From NCBI RefSeq assembly GCF_018350175.1, contig NC_058383.1:24554001-24618000 (forward strand): 64,000 bases of DNA, read 5' to 3'. The notes under the pieces are model-generated. The model had not been told where the DNA came from. It worked only from the letters and a program-made list of their open reading frames with translations, and did not search any database. This stretch comes from Felis catus (Eukaryota). Of this stretch, positions 61,825-64,000 are shown in pieces (position 1 is the stretch's first letter; each line of letters begins with the position of its first letter). The position numbers and the translations under genes are program-made.

Positions 61825-61965
61825 AATGTGTAAGTTTTACCACAACTTGGCTAATACTGGTAGATACACATTTTCAGATGTCTATAACTGAGGTGGTTAA
61901 ACACCTCAAATATGAAATGTAAACCCCTGGGGTGCTAATGACCTGTTTTGTTTCTTTGAATCCAG

Positions 61966-62069
61966 GGAGCATCTATGATTTTTATTTCCTCAAGGAAGGT
62001 AGTGGACATTGGTACACATGGACAGAGTATATTACTAAAGAAGAGGAAAATATCCCAGCTAATGCCAAG
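61966..62069 (+). CDS. DNAH3: Dynein heavy chain window exon 22 (SIYDFYFLKEGSGHWYTWTEYITKEEENIPANAK)
   Basis: atccag acceptor, AAG|gtaaaa donor, 104 nt; phase 1 start matches exon 21 across an 18,157-nt intron (P-E-R-G-S-I-Y-D-F). Confidence 0.9.
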
Positions 62070-64000
62070 GTAAAAGAGAGGTATTTGTCATGGAACTTTG
62101 GTTTCTAAAATGACCTGAACTTTCTCCAAGGTGGAGGAATTAACGTCAACTCTTTATTAGCATTTTTAAGAACTTTCTTTAGAAAAAGTTTCAAACATGA
62201 GCTGGATCAGCCTTCAAAAGCTTGGACTTTAGAATTAGAGGCACAGATTCCTTACTCGGCCCTCACACTCTCTGCCTCAGTTTACTCAGCTACACAATAG
62301 CAAAAAAAATACTTGAAGGATGTTCAAGAGAATTGAAGGTAATATACCTGAACACGTGGCACACATCATGTGCTAGATCCATGTTGATTGCTATTTTAAT
62401 TATTATCATTGTCATGTGGTCAGTTATCAATGCTGGGCAGTCATCAGTCCAATGCTGGGCGGTCATCAGTCTTACCTCTCAGACATCTCAGCCAAAAAGG
62501 ATCATTGTCTTTTTTTCAAAATTCCCAGAGAAAGATTTCCTTGATCAGAATTCTCAGAAAAACAAGTCTAGCTGTTTTTCTCAGCTCCAACTTCTCCTTG
62601 TAGAAAATTTGCCTCTATTAGTAGTTTCTAGTGAACATACTTTACCTTTCTGGGGGTGGTTGCAGATCATTCAGGCCCCAGATGGAGTAGTGGACAATGT
62701 ATAGAAAAGTGGGAATATTGACAGTCAAGTCAGGCAGCCAGCAGGGTGACAGCTGCTCCTGAAGATGGTGTGATAAGCAGAGGTGGATGTGTGCTGAATT
62801 TTGGGCACACTCTGGGGGCTGAGTGTTGTGCAGAAGCCCTGAGCATGGAGGTCCAAAACTTGAATTCTCCTTAAAGAGCTTAGTCACCTGAACCTCCAGG
62901 GGGGGTTGAAATCACACTGAATTCATACAAATAAGAGAGTCCTATGCAGAGAAGATTTTAAGTTGTGCTGAAAAATTTCCCCTTGTCAAAGTGTTGTGGT
63001 CTTTGAAAATAAAAATCTCTGAAACCCAACTTGCTTTAAATTCCATCTTGATAGAAAAATAAGCATTTTTCACCTGGCCCTGTATTCAGCACCACTTACT
63101 GGCCACATGACTTTGGACAAATGAGCCAGTAATCTTCCAACCTCAGAGGGTTACTGGGAAAACTGCAGGGGATAATATAGGCAAAGCCTCCTAAGCTCAA
63201 CACCTATTAATGCTCTTCCTCTATACTTCAATTCCCTTGCCTTGTCCCTTTTCCTTTGAGCAAATTACTTATCAAAAGAAGCCCAGCCTTTTTCTGCCGA
63301 TATTTACAGGGCTGCCTTGTTGCACAGACTCACTTGGTGCCATTGGCATTGTGGTCTAGCTTTGCTTTAGTGGCACCACTTACATAAAACACAGTAGGAA
63401 TGGTACTTTCTGGAGTTGTGCAACACACTGGCTCCATGTTCACTAGCCCCTTCCAGCCTAAACATAAGGAGATGTCAGCATATGATATACATCTTCCAGT
63501 CCCTTCCTCTGTCCCCATGGAAGGACCAAATGTGACCAAATGGCCAATGACAGTGTTCAGGCTCAAAGAAGCCAAGCTAAGGTAAGGTATTCTACTCAAA
63601 GTAATAGGGAGTCCATGACTCCAAACCAAGCCCTTAGAGTCCAGTTGGGGTTTGAAAACCAGGAAGAGTGTTGTAATCCCCATATTGGAAAAAGGGTTAA
63701 GTAGGGGTGGGTCCTAGAACCAAGGATCCAAGTGTTGGAAAAAGGCAGAACAGGAGTGAGTGCAGGGAAGGGGGCTAAGTGTCACAACCCACCCTCCTGA
63801 GCCAAGCAGTATGGAAGATGACATATGGGAGGTGGACCTTCCTTGCCTGGGGCAAGGCAGACAGGTTGGTTCAGAGCAATGATCTCAGAGGGCAACAACT
63901 ATAAACTGATCATTAATGTAATTGGTGTTTATTCCTTGATAGTTCAGTGGTTAAGAATATAGACTTTGGAATCAGACAAGCTAGAATTCAAGTCCTTGTA

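Noticed and set aside
62222..63683. 160-aa and 117-aa ORFs near the window end as further dynein exons or a nested gene
   Set aside because: No dynein motifs (the expected AAA3 P-loop exon is not in the window) and partly MIR-like sequence.
1..64000. A novel multi-gene system, CRISPR array, or rRNA/tRNA/snRNA gene
   Set aside because: All convincing coding sequence belongs to one spliced dynein gene or to dead L1 copies. The recurring ~200-nt repeats are dispersed tRNA-derived SINEs with TSDs, not repeat-spacer arrays or tRNA genes.

Overview
This is mammalian genomic DNA, and the abundant felid-type CAN-SINEs point to cat or a close relative. The whole window lies inside one large plus-strand gene, an axonemal dynein heavy chain that I recognise as DNAH3. 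I traced 22 internal coding exons (1095 to 62069), all with GT-AG boundaries. They splice into one uninterrupted frame of 3157 nt (1 nt + 1052 codons) covering the linker, AAA1 ([15 protein letters not shown]), AAA2 (GDPMGGKT) and the start of the AAA2-AAA3 region. The start and stop codons lie outside the window. The introns are mostly transposon remains: about 27 CAN-SINEs, a 4.1 kb decayed antisense L1, several L1 3' fragments, MaLR LTRs, hAT and Tigger MITEs, and microsatellites. I found no evidence of a new multi-gene system, CRISPR array or RNA gene. The most unusual items are: (1) a 98-nt CpG-rich, polyadenylated insert with a target-site duplication at 2995-3092, neither SINE nor L1, which looks like an L1-made retrocopy of a retroviral LTR transcript end; (2) an AT-rich fold-back palindrome at 49628-50000; (3) competing splice sites that would put premature stops at the AAA1 and AAA2 exons; (4) an inverted SINE pair flanking exactly the four AAA1-core exons, which would form a stop-free, in-frame circle. 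Repeat family names come from recognition, not from a database search.
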